A stretch of 64,000 nt of DNA from Nitrospirota bacterium (GTDB lineage: Bacteria > Nitrospirota > Thermodesulfovibrionia > Thermodesulfovibrionales > UBA9159): contig CAVOUE010000003.1 of NCBI GenBank assembly GCA_963699545.1, positions 480,001 to 544,000 of the forward strand, written 5' to 3'. The translations under genes and the position numbers were made by a program. Of the stretch, positions 39,453 through 49,854 are shown in pieces. The notes beneath the pieces were generated by a model. It was given only the letters and a program-made list of their open reading frames with translations, was not told the DNA's origin and did no database searches. Each line of letters opens with the position of its first letter. Position 1 is the stretch's first letter.

Positions 39453-40363
39453 TTATTGATCCAGTTCTTTTTTTCTCTTCTCGATGAAGTTGTTTATCGC
39501 CTCGTTATAGAAGTCACCCGTTCTTCTGACTTCCGCCGAGTACCCTGTTTTCATAGAGCTTAAGCCCCTCTTTCAGCTCCGACGCGAATGTGGTGTGGAA
39601 TGCATCTTTTCTTATGGCTTCGTCCACCTTTGCCTTGCTGTATAGATATATATCGGAAAGTATGGTCCTGGCCAGTCTCTTTGCCTTTTCGACCAGGTCA
39701 CCTGCCCCTGAAGGCTGCGGCTGGAACGGAGGTTGCGTGGGTTTTTCTTCTTCTGCTGGTATTCTCTGTTCAGTCCTTCCCCCGGTTTGAGGCATTTCCC
39801 TGCTCTTTGCCGCCTCCTCAAGGGGTTTATCGGCCTCCGGGGAAGGGGCCGGGTTCCTTCAGGGCGTGTATCTTCCCGATGAGCAGCGTCTCTATCTCGT
39901 GAGCCTCTAGGTAGTCGTCCGCACCATGGAAAGATTCGGGTTGCCTCCGGTACTTGTTCTTATCGTAGATCGAGGCGATAAGGATCACCTTCATCTCCTT
40001 GGTCTCGGTCCTGCCCTTTAATCTCCTGCATACCTCAAAGCCGTAGATCTTCGGTATTGAAACGCCCAGGACCGCAAGAAAGGGCAACTCTTTTGTTGCA
40101 TTCACCATGGCTGCTATGCCGTCCGGAGCGGTGATGACGTTGTAACCATCGGCAGTGAGGATCGTCTTCAATTTTTCAAGAACCGCAGGGTCTTCGTGGG
40201 AGGCAAGCATTTTGTGTTGATCCAGGGGTCTAAGCCTGGGTACCGGTCTCTTTACAAGAAGCACGGTGCTGCATTTGGGACATTTAAAGCGTGTGCCCTG
40301 AGGCGCTATCTTTTCATCAGCCACCTTCAGCTTCACCTTACAGCTTGGACATATTACTACCAC
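39453..40363 (-). CDS. Zinc-ribbon + receiver-domain protein (frameshifted)
   Basis: CPSC..CPKC; atypical receiver lacking the phospho-Asp (AVLGVSIP); Pro-rich linker; AKRLARTILSDI C-terminal domain. Confidence 0.78.
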
Positions 40364-41032
40364 TCCGACATCCTCCTTTTCGGCAGCCACAGTTTAATGG
40401 TTATCAGGCCAAAGAGAAAACCGCCTATATGAGCAAACCAGGCAACGCCGCCATGGCCCACCAGTCCCGTAGTGATCATGCCGCTGGCAACCTGTATAAT
40501 AGCCCAAAACCCGATAACAATCAAGGCAGGCACCCTTATCATCTGCCAGAAAAATCCCAGTAAAACGTATCGTATGAACGCGGGCCTGGGGGAAAAGCAG
40601 GAGATAGCCGCCAAGGACACCTGATATGGCGCCGCTTGCCCCGATCATCGGGATGCGGGAAGCAGAGTCGGTCAGCGCATGTGCATAGGCCGCGACTAGA
40701 CCGCGGCAAGATAAAAGAGCATGAAACCTGAAATGTCCGAGTCTGTCTTCTATGTTGTTGCCGAAGATCCAGAGATAGAGCATATTGCCCCCGAGATGAA
40801 AGAGACCGCCGTGAAGGAACATGGAGGAGAAGACGGTGACAACGGGATGAATCGGCTGGGTCTTCTCGAAGGTCAGCAGGTTATGGGGGATCGCACCGTA
40901 ATGGTAGACTATGTCCTGTTCTCCTGGGGGAGAGAAAAGCCCCCAGAGATAGAAGGCAGCATTCAGGACTATTATCCCGATCGTGACAAAAGGGAAGATG
41001 GTGGTGGGATTGTCATCCTTGTACGGGATCAA
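40357..41032 (-). CDS. Rhomboid intramembrane serine protease (frameshifted)
   Basis: SMFLHGG..HL.GNM, GASGAI, VAWFAHIGGF. Confidence 0.92.
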
Positions 41033-41077
41033 GCGTCCTCACCCCGTAAAGCTCGCAGCTTCTCCTTCTCCTTCTTC

Positions 41078-43555
41078 TCACGCCAACTCGATCTTGACGG
41101 CATCCATGGGTGATTCACCGTTCAGGGAAGGGTGCGTCAGCGCATTCACATTGGCATGAGGGAAATGCGTGGGCACAAACACTACGCCTTCAGGCATTTC
41201 GTCCGAGACTATGGCCTTCAGATACACTTCTCCCCTTCTGGATGTCACCTTGACGTATCCTTCGTCGTGGACCTTGTATTTCTTCGCATCCTGCGGGTTT
41301 ATCTGCAGATATGCATCTGAAACCACGGATCCGAGGTTCTTGGAAAGCACGGACAAGGCGCCTGAGTGCTGAAGAAGGTTTGAGGTGATGAGGAGCAGGG
41401 GATACTCACCGTCCGGCTTCTCCGATATCTCATGCGCTGCGGGATTGAATGAGCGAACCTCTTCCCCTGCCGGGCCTCCGGCAACGAGGTCCATGATCGC
41501 CTCCCTGATCGCAGGAAGGTCTTTTTCTCCCAGGTCCCTGTTCATCGTCCTTGCCAGGTTCCTGAATATCTTCCAGTCAGGTACTGATTGTCCCGTTTCA
41601 GGGAGGAGTTTGGGGATTTCCCGGATATTGCCGGTGGCGGACATGAAGATGCCTTCCTTTTCGCCCCAGCTGCTGGCGGGGAGGACTACGTGGGCAAGTT
41701 TTGCGGTGTCGGTAAGGATGATATCCTGAACCACAAGGAACTCAAGTGCCTTAAGTGTTTTTTCGACTGCGGAGATATTCTTGAAGGTGATCAGGGGATT
41801 CTCTCCCATCATATAAAGGGCCTTCACCGCACCGGGCTGATACAGCATTTCATGGGCGTTCTTTCCTCCGGAGAGGGGCCTCACACCGACCTTCCAGGTG
41901 CCGAGGGTGTTGCAGAATTCTGCGGGTATCTGGAGGGTGTCAGCGCTGTCTCCCATGAGGAGAACGAGATTGGCCGCGGCAAACAGGGTGTTCAGACCCT
42001 TTGTGTTTTCAGAAGCACCTGAGGTCAAGGTCAAAAGTCTGTTCTTTGCCCGCGCATATGATCTCGCCAGCTCAATGATCTCATCCTCGGAAAGGCCGGT
42101 AAGCCCGGCAACAGCGGCCGGCGTGAAGCCCGCAAGGCTCTTCACCAGGGTCTCATAGTTCGGGATAGTGAGGTTCTTGTCCTCCATGGGGACTTCCTCA
42201 TCCAGGTCATAGAGTTTCTCGTCCAGGATCACCTTTGCCATACCGTTGAGCAAAGCGATGCCGGAGCCCGGTCTGATCTGGAGCCAGGAGGAGCTGTTCC
42301 TCGCAAGTTTTGTTTCCTTGGGGTCAGCAACGACGAGCTGGGCGCCGAAGTTCCTGGCCTTGATGAAATTAAGCCCCCACACGGGCAGGGTGGAAGTGAC
42401 ATCGGATTCGACAACCAGAATGAAATCAGCCTTCAGCGGCGCATCCCACTGGATCGGCTGGAAGTCAATGCCAAAGGCCTTCTTCACCGCCTTCTGGGCT
42501 TTCGCATACCCGAAGCGGGCAGCAGAATCGATGTTGTCGGTCCCGATAACCTCCCTCATGAAGCTCTGAAGCATATAGTTGTCTTCCATGGTGCACCTCT
42601 GCGAGCCGATGGCACCGATGGCCGAAGGTCCGTCTTTCTCTTTTATGGTCTGGAGTCCCTTCGCGACATGATCGAGGGCCTCTTCCCAACTCGCCTCGAC
42701 AAGCTTCCCGTCCTTCCTGATCAGGGGGGTGGTCAATCTGTTTTCGGAATAAATGTAATCGAAGCCGAACCTGCCCCTGCTGCAGAGGTCCCCATCGTTT
42801 ATTCCCGTACCCTGCTTTCCTCTCGCCCGCACGATCCTGCCGTCCCTGAGGCTGAGGTTTGTGGTACACCCGCAGCCGCAGTAAGGGCAGGTAGTTGCCT
42901 TTTCATCCAGGAACCATACCCGTGATCTGAACCGGTACGGCTTGGACTCCCAGGGCGCCCACGGGACAGGCATCGATGCACTGGCCGCAGAACTCGCAGT
43001 CAAGGGTCTCTTCAAAGGCCGGGCTGATCTTTGACTTGAAGCCCCTGCCCAGGAGACTGATAGCGCCGACGCCCTGATGGTCATAGCAGACCCTCTCACA
43101 TTTGCCGCAGAGGATGCATCTGTTTGGGTTCCTTTCCACAAGGGGGGCCGCGATGCTTTCGGGCTCGTGCTTTCTCTCTCCCACAAAGCGGGATTCGGAC
43201 GGGCCGTACTTGAAAGCCAAGATCCTGGAGCTGACATTCCCCTGCCTTGTCGCAGATGGGACAATCCAGAGGGTGGTGTATCAGGAGGAGTTCAAGTACC
43301 AGTTTTCTGGCCTTGTGGAGTTTCGGGGTCTCCGTATGCACTACCATCCCATTTTCGGCAGGGGTGGAACAGGCGGCAAAAAGCCTCTTCTGTCCCTCCA
43401 CTTCCACTACACAGAGCCTGCAGCCGCCATAGGGTCTGAGCCTCTTGTCGTAGCAGAGGTTCGGGATAAAGATGTCGTTTCCCTTGGCAGCCTGGAGGAT
43501 GGTGGTACCCTGGTTCGACCTTAAGGGATTTTCCGTTTATTTTAAGTTCAATCAT
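41078..43555 (-). CDS. NuoG/FdhA-like Fe-S subunit with molybdopterin-oxidoreductase fold, no Mo ligand (frameshifted)
   Basis: 2Fe-2S (GGCRLC..C), H...CPICDKAGEC, CILCGKC, CEFCGQC..CP, CPYCGCGC..C; NIDSAARFGY in place of the FDH-type NIDxCARLCH. Confidence 0.85.
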
Positions 43556-43559
43556 CTTC

Positions 43560-45444
43560 TTATTCCTCCTTTCCCGCAAGTGCCTCGACCTGCTTGTTTC
43601 CGAGCGCCCGCTGGTCAGGGAGGTCCTTGAGGGTCTCACGCATGCTCAGGGGACCGATCTTCACCGAGTCGAACTTGCAGACCTCGTAGCATGACCGGCA
43701 TTGGATGCAGAGGGCCTGATCGATGCGGTGAGGCACTTTCTTCTCACCTGAGATCGCTGTCTGGGGACAAGCCTTCTTGCACAGTCCGCACGCCTTGCAC
43801 TTCTCTTCATCGATATAGAACGTACAGATGTCCTTGCAGACGCCTGTCTTGCACCATTGTTCATTTATATGGGATTCATACTCATCCCTGAAATATTTTA
43901 TCGTTGTCAGGACGGGGTTGGGCGCGGTCTGCCCAAGGCCGCAAAGGGAAGTAGAGATGATGTCATGGGACATGTCCTGGAGCAGCTCTATATCCCCCTC
44001 TTTTCCCTTCCCCTCAGTGATCTTCGTGAGGAGATCAAGCATCACCGTGGTGCCGATCCTGCAGGGAGGGCATTTGCCGCATGATTCCTCGGCAGTGAAC
44101 TCGAGGAAAAATTTGGCGACACTCACCATGCAGTTAAGGTCGTTCATGACGACCATTCCGCCCGAACCCACAATGGCCCCTGTCTGGACGATATCTTCGT
44201 AGGTCACCGGCGTATCCAGGAGATGCTTCGGGAATGCAGCCTCCGGAAGGTCCTCCCAGCTGGACCGCCTTGAATTTCCTCTTGTTCGGCACGCCACCGC
44301 CGATATCATAAATGATCTTCCTGAGGGGGATGCCCATCGGCACTTCGATCAGTCCGATATTGCTTATTGCTCCGCTCAGGGCAAAGACCTTTGTGCCGGT
44401 GGATTTTTCAGTTCCGAGGGTTCTGTACCAGTCGGCACCGTTCAGTATTATCTGGGGGATATTCGCATAGGTTTCGACGTTGTTCAGGACGGAGGGCTTA
44501 TCCCAGAGTCCCTTCTGGGCAGGGAAAGGCGGCCTCGGTCTCGGCATCCCCCGTTTGCCTTCGATGGACCGCATCAGCGCTGTCTCCTCACCGCAGACAA
44601 ACGCGCCGGCGCCCAGATAGATTTCGATATCGAGATTGAACCCCGTGCCCAGGATGTTGTCGCCGAGGAGGCCGTTTTCTTTTGCCTGGTCTATGGCAAG
44701 CTGCAGACGGTGCACCGCCAGGGGATACTCAGCCCTCACATAAATATATCCTTTATTCGCTGCGATCGCCTTTGCGCCGATGATCATCCCCTCAAGGACG
44801 ACGTGGGGATCCGCCTCCATGATACTTCTGTCCATGAATGCGCCGGGGTCTCCTTCGTCACCGTTACAGAGGATGAATTTCTGGTCGCCCTTCACTCTTG
44901 CGCAGAGCTCCCATTTCATGCCGGTGGGAAATCCCGCGCCGCCCCTTCCCCTGAGCCCGGACCTCTTCAACTCGTCGATCACCTGTTCCGGGGTCATCTC
45001 GGTCAGCGCCTTTCCTGCTGCCTGATACCCGTCCCGCGCAATGTATTCTTCGATCTTCTCTGCATCGACGAGACCCTTGTTCCTCAAGGCCCTGAGGACC
45101 TGAAGGCTGAAGAAGGGGATATCCCTCATAAGCGGGATGGTCTGCTTCTTCACCGGCTCCTTATACATGAGCCGTGCCACAGGCCTTCCCTTTATGAAAT
45201 GCTCCTCCACGATGAGGGGGACATCACTGACGGCGACCTTCTCGTAAAAGATATCTTCGGGATAGACCGTCATGACGGGACCTTCCGCGCAGAACCCGTT
45301 ACACCCCGTGAGAACCACGTTTATCTCATTTTCGAGCCCTCTATTTCTCAGCTCTTCATCAAGAGCTTTCTTGATCTTGAGACTGCCGCCGGCGATACAA
45401 CCGGTGCCTCCACACAACATGACACTGGCGCGGTAATTTTCCAT
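43560..45444 (-). CDS. nuoF: NuoF/HydB-type flavoprotein with N-terminal 2Fe-2S and C-terminal 2x4Fe-4S (frameshift near 44233)
   Basis: CGGTGC, GRGGAGFPTG, NGDEGDPGAFMDR, GAFVCGEETAL, ESCGKC.PCR.G, CKACGLC, CIQCRSC. Confidence 0.92.
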
Positions 45445-45461
45445 TTCTCCTCCATATATTG

Positions 45462-45530
45462 GCTCACAGCTCTTGGCTGACAGCTCTCAGCAAGGGAAGA
45501 ACCATGAACTATGAGCTATGAGCTACGAAC
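45462..45530. repeat. Inverted arrays of degenerate 7-bp tandem repeats
   Basis: GCTCACA GCTCTTG GCTGACA GCTCTCA, then ACCATGA ACTATGA GCTATGA GCTACGA. Confidence 0.7.
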
Positions 45531-45535
45531 CGTAT

Positions 45536-45919
45536 TTAATATGCCGTTTCACTGCCCATGACAAGGGCGGAGTCCTGAACGATCTGACCGTTCAGAACAT
45601 GCTCCTTAAATATCTTGCGCATCTTCTCGTCGTCAAGCAGAACATATTTTACGGGGGCTTCACTGATGATCTCCACGGTAGCCATGGGTTCCTTGCTGCA
45701 GAGCCCGGCGCATCCCGAAGTCGCCACGATCACATCCGTCACCTTGCTTGTGTTTATCTCATCAAGCAAGGCCTCCATCACTTTTCTCGCCCCGGCAGCG
45801 ATGCCGCACGTCCCCATATGGACGGTGACCTTAGCCCGGTACCCGCCCTCTCTCAGGGTGAGCATCGCCTTGTGATCTTCCTTTATCTTCTTCAGATCTT
45901 CTATCGTTAATCTGGCCAT
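45536..45919 (-). CDS. Thioredoxin-like 2Fe-2S ferredoxin (HndB/HydD-like)
   Basis: VHMGTCGIAAGA, SGCAGLC..EP. Confidence 0.88.
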   Translation of the reverse strand: MARLTIEDLKKIKEDHKAMLTLREGGYRAKVTVHMGTCGIAAGARKVMEALLDEINTSKVTDVIVATSGCAGLCSKEPMATVEIISEAPVKYVLLDDEKMRKIFKEHVLNGQIVQDSALVMGSETAY

Positions 45920-45928
45920 ATCTGCCTC

Positions 45929-46792
45929 CTATTCGTAGTTCTTCAGCACTTCATTCACCTTGACTGCGCTCAGAGAGCCATAGTAATCCTTGTCCACGAC
46001 GATCACCGGCGCCAGCCCGCACGCGCCGAGGCACCGCACGGTCTCCAGGGAAAACTTCTTGTCCTCTGTGATCCCTCCCACACTGATGGCGAGCCCTTCG
46101 CTCAATTTTTTCACGATCTCTTCCGCACCTTTCACGTAGCACGCTGTTCCGAGGCATACGCGGATATTGTGTTTTCCCTTGGGCTTCATGGTGAAGAAGG
46201 AGTAGAACGACACCACGCCGTGCACTTCGCTCACCGGCAGTTTCAGTCCCTTGGCGATGTGCCGTTGCACGGAAGGCGGTAGGTAGCCGATGAGCTCCTG
46301 GGCCTCCTGGAGCACGGGGATGAGACTGCCCGGCTTTTTCCGATATTTCTTTACGATGGAATCCAGTTCCCTCGCCATGTCTTCCGTATATTCTTCAGGG
46401 GGGGCGGTCCCCGTGACCTCGCCCGCTTTCTTGTAGTCCAGGGCTCTCTGAGTGATCTCAATAAGGAGGGCAGGGGAAAATGGCTTGGGGAGATAATCAA
46501 GGATTCTCAGACCGAGGGCTTCCTTGATGCTTTCCTGGGACGGAAAGCCGGTGATGACCACGATCCCTGTGTCAGGCCTGGAGTTCCTGATCCATCGGAT
46601 AAGTTCGAGGCCGTCAATATCGGGCATCTTGAGGTCAGTGATCACAAGGTCATAGCCGTTCTTTCCCAGCTTGCCGATCGCTTCGTTTCCGTTCGACGCG
46701 CTGTCGACAGTGTATCCTTCCGGCGTGAGGATCCGTTCACAGCTCTTGACAACAACAGGTTCGTCGTCCACAACGAGTATTCTGCCTGGCAT
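45929..46792 (-). CDS. nuoE: Receiver domain-NuoE (HydC/HndA-like) fusion
   Basis: VVDDE, DLKMPD, KPF, then LIPVLQ.AQ..GYLP, VCLGTAC, RCLGACGLAP in one frame. Confidence 0.9.
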   Translation of the reverse strand: MPGRILVVDDEPVVVKSCERILTPEGYTVDSASNGNEAIGKLGKNGYDLVITDLKMPDIDGLELIRWIRNSRPDTGIVVITGFPSQESIKEALGLRILDYLPKPFSPALLIEITQRALDYKKAGEVTGTAPPEEYTEDMARELDSIVKKYRKKPGSLIPVLQEAQELIGYLPPSVQRHIAKGLKLPVSEVHGVVSFYSFFTMKPKGKHNIRVCLGTACYVKGAEEIVKKLSEGLAISVGGITEDKKFSLETVRCLGACGLAPVIVVDKDYYGSLSAVKVNEVLKNYE

Positions 46793-46929
46793 TCCTTTCT
46801 TTCCTCCTTGAAACCTTATTGTCTATAATAAAAAAATGATCTCTTCTTTATCAAGCATTCCATGTCTCTGCAGCAGACCTTGAAGTTGCGATAAAACGCA
46901 ACTCTAACGGACGTCACAGGAAGAACCCG

Positions 46930-47307
46930 TTAAGATGTCTTTCTGTCGCGAAGCGCCTCTTTCACCGCAGCGATGAGGGTATCCGGCGTGAAGGGTTTTT
47001 CGATATAGTTGTATGCCCCGAGGCGTGTTGCCTCTTCGGCATGCTCCATGGTGCTATACCCTGTTATCATGATAACCCTCGCCTCGGGCTGCATCTCTTT
47101 CATGGTTATGAGGAATTCCATGCCATCCATGTCCGGCATCTTCAGGTCCGTGAGAATGAGGTCATAGTGGTTTTCGCGGGTCAGCCTGAGCCCGTCAGCA
47201 CCATTGCCGGCTACGTCCACCTCATATCCCTCAGGGGTTAAACATTTCCTGCAGCTGATTCGTACGATGTCTTCGTCATCGATCACAAGTATCCGTGGTT
47301 TGCTCAT
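46930..47307 (-). CDS. Single-domain response regulator
   Basis: VIDDE, DLKMPDMDG, ITG, KPF. Confidence 0.93.
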   Translation of the reverse strand: MSKPRILVIDDEDIVRISCRKCLTPEGYEVDVAGNGADGLRLTRENHYDLILTDLKMPDMDGMEFLITMKEMQPEARVIMITGYSTMEHAEEATRLGAYNYIEKPFTPDTLIAAVKEALRDRKTS

Positions 47308-47404
47308 GCACTTGCCTCCCTGCCAAATCTAAAATACACCATAGGGCCGGAGGATTCAAGGGTTTCCTCAGACCCTGGGCCTGTCGACCCGCTGGACCGG
47401 TCCC

Positions 47405-47938
47405 TCATCCTTTCAACCCTTCATCGATATCTTCCCGTATGAGCTTCAGCACGTCCGGCGAATTTATCGGGACCTCTGCCAGTTCTTCCCTGATCTCCCG
47501 GGTGTCAAACCGGTAGGTGTAGGCATCTTTCTTATAGGTAAAGAGAACATCAACCCCGGGGTTACCCGCTATCAGCACCATAATGCTGGCTCCCACGTCG
47601 CCTAGCGGTTTCCTGTCTATATGGCTGTTCCTGAAGCTCGCTGAGACCGCGGTGCCCTTTCCCTGTTCCGACGCGATGGAAAAGCGTCCGTCACATTCTT
47701 CCGCTGCCTGCTTGAGGAACGGCAACCCCAGGCCAACCCTTCTCACGGTCTTTGTCGTGAAAAAGGGATCGGTAACCGCCTGCATGGTGGCTTCTTCCAT
47801 TCCCCTGCCGTTGTCCCTTATCTCCATGACGAGGAGGTCGTCTTTCGTATCTTCTTCCACAGTGATCTCGATCCTGTCCGCCCCCGCATCAATGGAGTTT
47901 TCTGCAATGTCGAGGATATGGAGGGAGAGGTCTTCCAT
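47405..47938 (-). CDS. Stand-alone HATPase_c protein (hydrogenase-operon type)
   Basis: MEDLSLHILDIAENS, DNGRGM, DPFFTT, GLGLP, HIDR.PLGD. Confidence 0.88.
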   Translation of the reverse strand: MEDLSLHILDIAENSIDAGADRIEITVEEDTKDDLLVMEIRDNGRGMEEATMQAVTDPFFTTKTVRRVGLGLPFLKQAAEECDGRFSIASEQGKGTAVSASFRNSHIDRKPLGDVGASIMVLIAGNPGVDVLFTYKKDAYTYRFDTREIREELAEVPINSPDVLKLIREDIDEGLKG

Positions 47939-47942
47939 GCCG

Positions 47943-48686
47943 TCAATCCCATGAGAGTGTACGGCCATCAGAGTTCATGAACGCCCGCTTCATCTCATCA
48001 AGTGAAGGCTCCCTCATGGTGAATGTTGTGATCCTTCTCCCGATATCCTTTACGTAATGGGCGTCGGAAAAGGAAACCCAGGGGAATCGCTTCAACCCCC
48101 GGAAGGCGGTCTCGGCTTCACTTCTGCTCAAGCGCGGAGAGAGTTCGAGGGCATCGAAGCGGAGGTCTTCCGGAATAAAACCGAGCTGCGAGAGAACACT
48201 GAAGGCCTCACGGTCGACATGGCTCGCGATCGAGATGCCGCCCAATGACCTGATGAAATCCAGGAGGGCATGCGCAGTGAGACTCGTCGCACCGATCAAC
48301 AGCCTCCGGTTGAACCCCATAACCTCGTTGTTCTCATTTACGATGATCTGGTGTCCGTATAATCGTTCGTCGTTCTCTCCGGCGGGCAGGTTCTTGTGAA
48401 CAACGTCCTGTAATGCCTTTGCATCATCAGGGGACTCAAAAAGGGCGATGATATGCACCTCCTCGGAGGAGGTCACCTCCATGCCCGCCAGGACCACAAG
48501 CCCTGTCCCATCCGCCGCCTTCCATGCTGCTTCGACGTTCTCTGCAGAGTTATGGTCTGTTATGGCGATGAGGTTCAGTCCCTTCTCAAGCGATACGGTC
48601 ACGATCCCCCGGGGGGTCATATCGATTTCGGCGCAGGGAGACAGGCAGGTGTGCATATGCAGGTCGGCATGGAAGGGCTTCAGCAT
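47943..48686 (-). CDS. PHP-domain phosphoesterase
   Basis: DLH.H.CLSPC, ITDHN, EEVH, SH.DR, SDAH. Confidence 0.9.
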   Translation of the reverse strand: MLKPFHADLHMHTCLSPCAEIDMTPRGIVTVSLEKGLNLIAITDHNSAENVEAAWKAADGTGLVVLAGMEVTSSEEVHIIALFESPDDAKALQDVVHKNLPAGENDERLYGHQIIVNENNEVMGFNRRLLIGATSLTAHALLDFIRSLGGISIASHVDREAFSVLSQLGFIPEDLRFDALELSPRLSRSEAETAFRGLKRFPWVSFSDAHYVKDIGRRITTFTMREPSLDEMKRAFMNSDGRTLSWD

Positions 48687-49015
48687 CGGAGCATCGTATA
48701 AAGCATGCCTCCAACCTCAAACGTGGATAAAGGGCTGACCGCAACAACGATACGTTCGTCTTCGGCCTTCTTCAGGGTCTCTTCCTCGGGGTTCCTTTTA
48801 TTCGTAATGATGATGCCGGCAAGGTTCTTAAGGGCCGCCACTGCAACGATGTTGGGATGGGTCTGGAGGGTGATCCAGACCTCTCCCTCGCTGGCATTTG
48901 CCATGACGTCCGAGAGAAGGTCGCTGATATAACACCCCGTGACGGTACGTCCGAGATCCCCCTTTGCCGTCTTCACATCCAACGACAGAACGTCCACAAC
49001 CTCCCGAATATTCAC
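48680..49015 (-). CDS. DRTGG / HPr-kinase-N-like domain protein
   Basis: GCY.SDLLSDVM, WIT.Q.H.N.VAVA. Confidence 0.88.
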   Translation of the reverse strand: MNIREVVDVLSLDVKTAKGDLGRTVTGCYISDLLSDVMANASEGEVWITLQTHPNIVAVAALKNLAGIIITNKRNPEEETLKKAEDERIVVAVSPLSTFEVGGMLYTMLRC

Positions 49016-49458
49016 CGTGTCTTATCCTCCTTGATCTTTATGATTATCTCGACGGTCGTTCCCTCACCCACAACCGAGTCTACCCTGAATTCGTCAGAGT
49101 TTTTTTTCATGTTCGGCAGTCCCATGCCGGCGCCCCATCCCATTTCCCGAACCCAGTCCGGTGCCGTGGAGTACCCCTCCCTCATTGCCTGCTGAATGTC
49201 AGGAATGCCGGGGCCCATGTCGTTGAGAACGACTTTGATATGATCGGGGGTGATCATGTAGTACATCACTCCGGCAACCGCATGGATGATCACGTTCATC
49301 TCCCCCTCAAAGGTGGCGATGGCGGCCCTCCTCACGATATCAGGACTGATGTTGAGGTTGGTCATGATGGATTTCAGCTCACTGGAAGCAGCGCCCGCAT
49401 TGGTAAAATCTCCCCCGGTGAGATGAAAACTCCCCTCTATGTGCTTGTCCACTTCCAT
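49012..49458 (-). CDS. RsbT-like anti-sigma Ser/Thr kinase
   Basis: DF..AG.ASS, E.EMN..IHA, D.GPGIPDI..AM.EGYSTA, G.GAGMGLPN. Confidence 0.9.
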   Translation of the reverse strand: MEVDKHIEGSFHLTGGDFTNAGAASSELKSIMTNLNISPDIVRRAAIATFEGEMNVIIHAVAGVMYYMITPDHIKVVLNDMGPGIPDIQQAMREGYSTAPDWVREMGWGAGMGLPNMKKNSDEFRVDSVVGEGTTVEIIIKIKEDKTR

Positions 49459-49818
49459 TACCGGTTTTCTCCTGTGCAGCTTCCAAGACCCTCCGCGTAC
49501 AACCTCCCGCAGGCCGTGAACCGTGAGAGCCGTGTAACGATGAGAGTGATGCCTTTTTGCCGGGCCATCTCCACAGCCTCCCGGTCAGGCCTCTTGCCAA
49601 GGACAAAGACCACTGCCTTGATGTCGGCGATCTCCGCCGTTCGTATCACCTGGGTATTGTTCAGCCCGGTAATGAGCAGTGACCTGGGCCTGCTCGAAAA
49701 ATGCAGCAGGTCGCTCATGAGGTCAGAGCTGCAGACAAAAAGGATTTCTGTCTCCCATATCCCCTGTGTTGAGCACCACCTCTCCCTCCAGTATCTCTGC
49801 AATTCTTCCGAGGGTCAT
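49458..49818 (-). CDS. DRTGG-domain protein (frameshift near the 5' end)
   Basis: SDLMSD.L, L.TGL.N.QV.RTAE, V.GK.P, F..CG.LY..GL. Confidence 0.85.
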
Positions 49819-49854
49819 GTTTTCACCTTCTTTCTCCTTTTTGCGATACACATG

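Noticed and set aside
41078-43555. Formate dehydrogenase (including a selenocysteine form) or [FeFe]-hydrogenase catalytic subunit
   Set aside because: The active-site segment reads SAARFGY with no Cys, in-frame TGA or His, and no H-cluster motifs are present.
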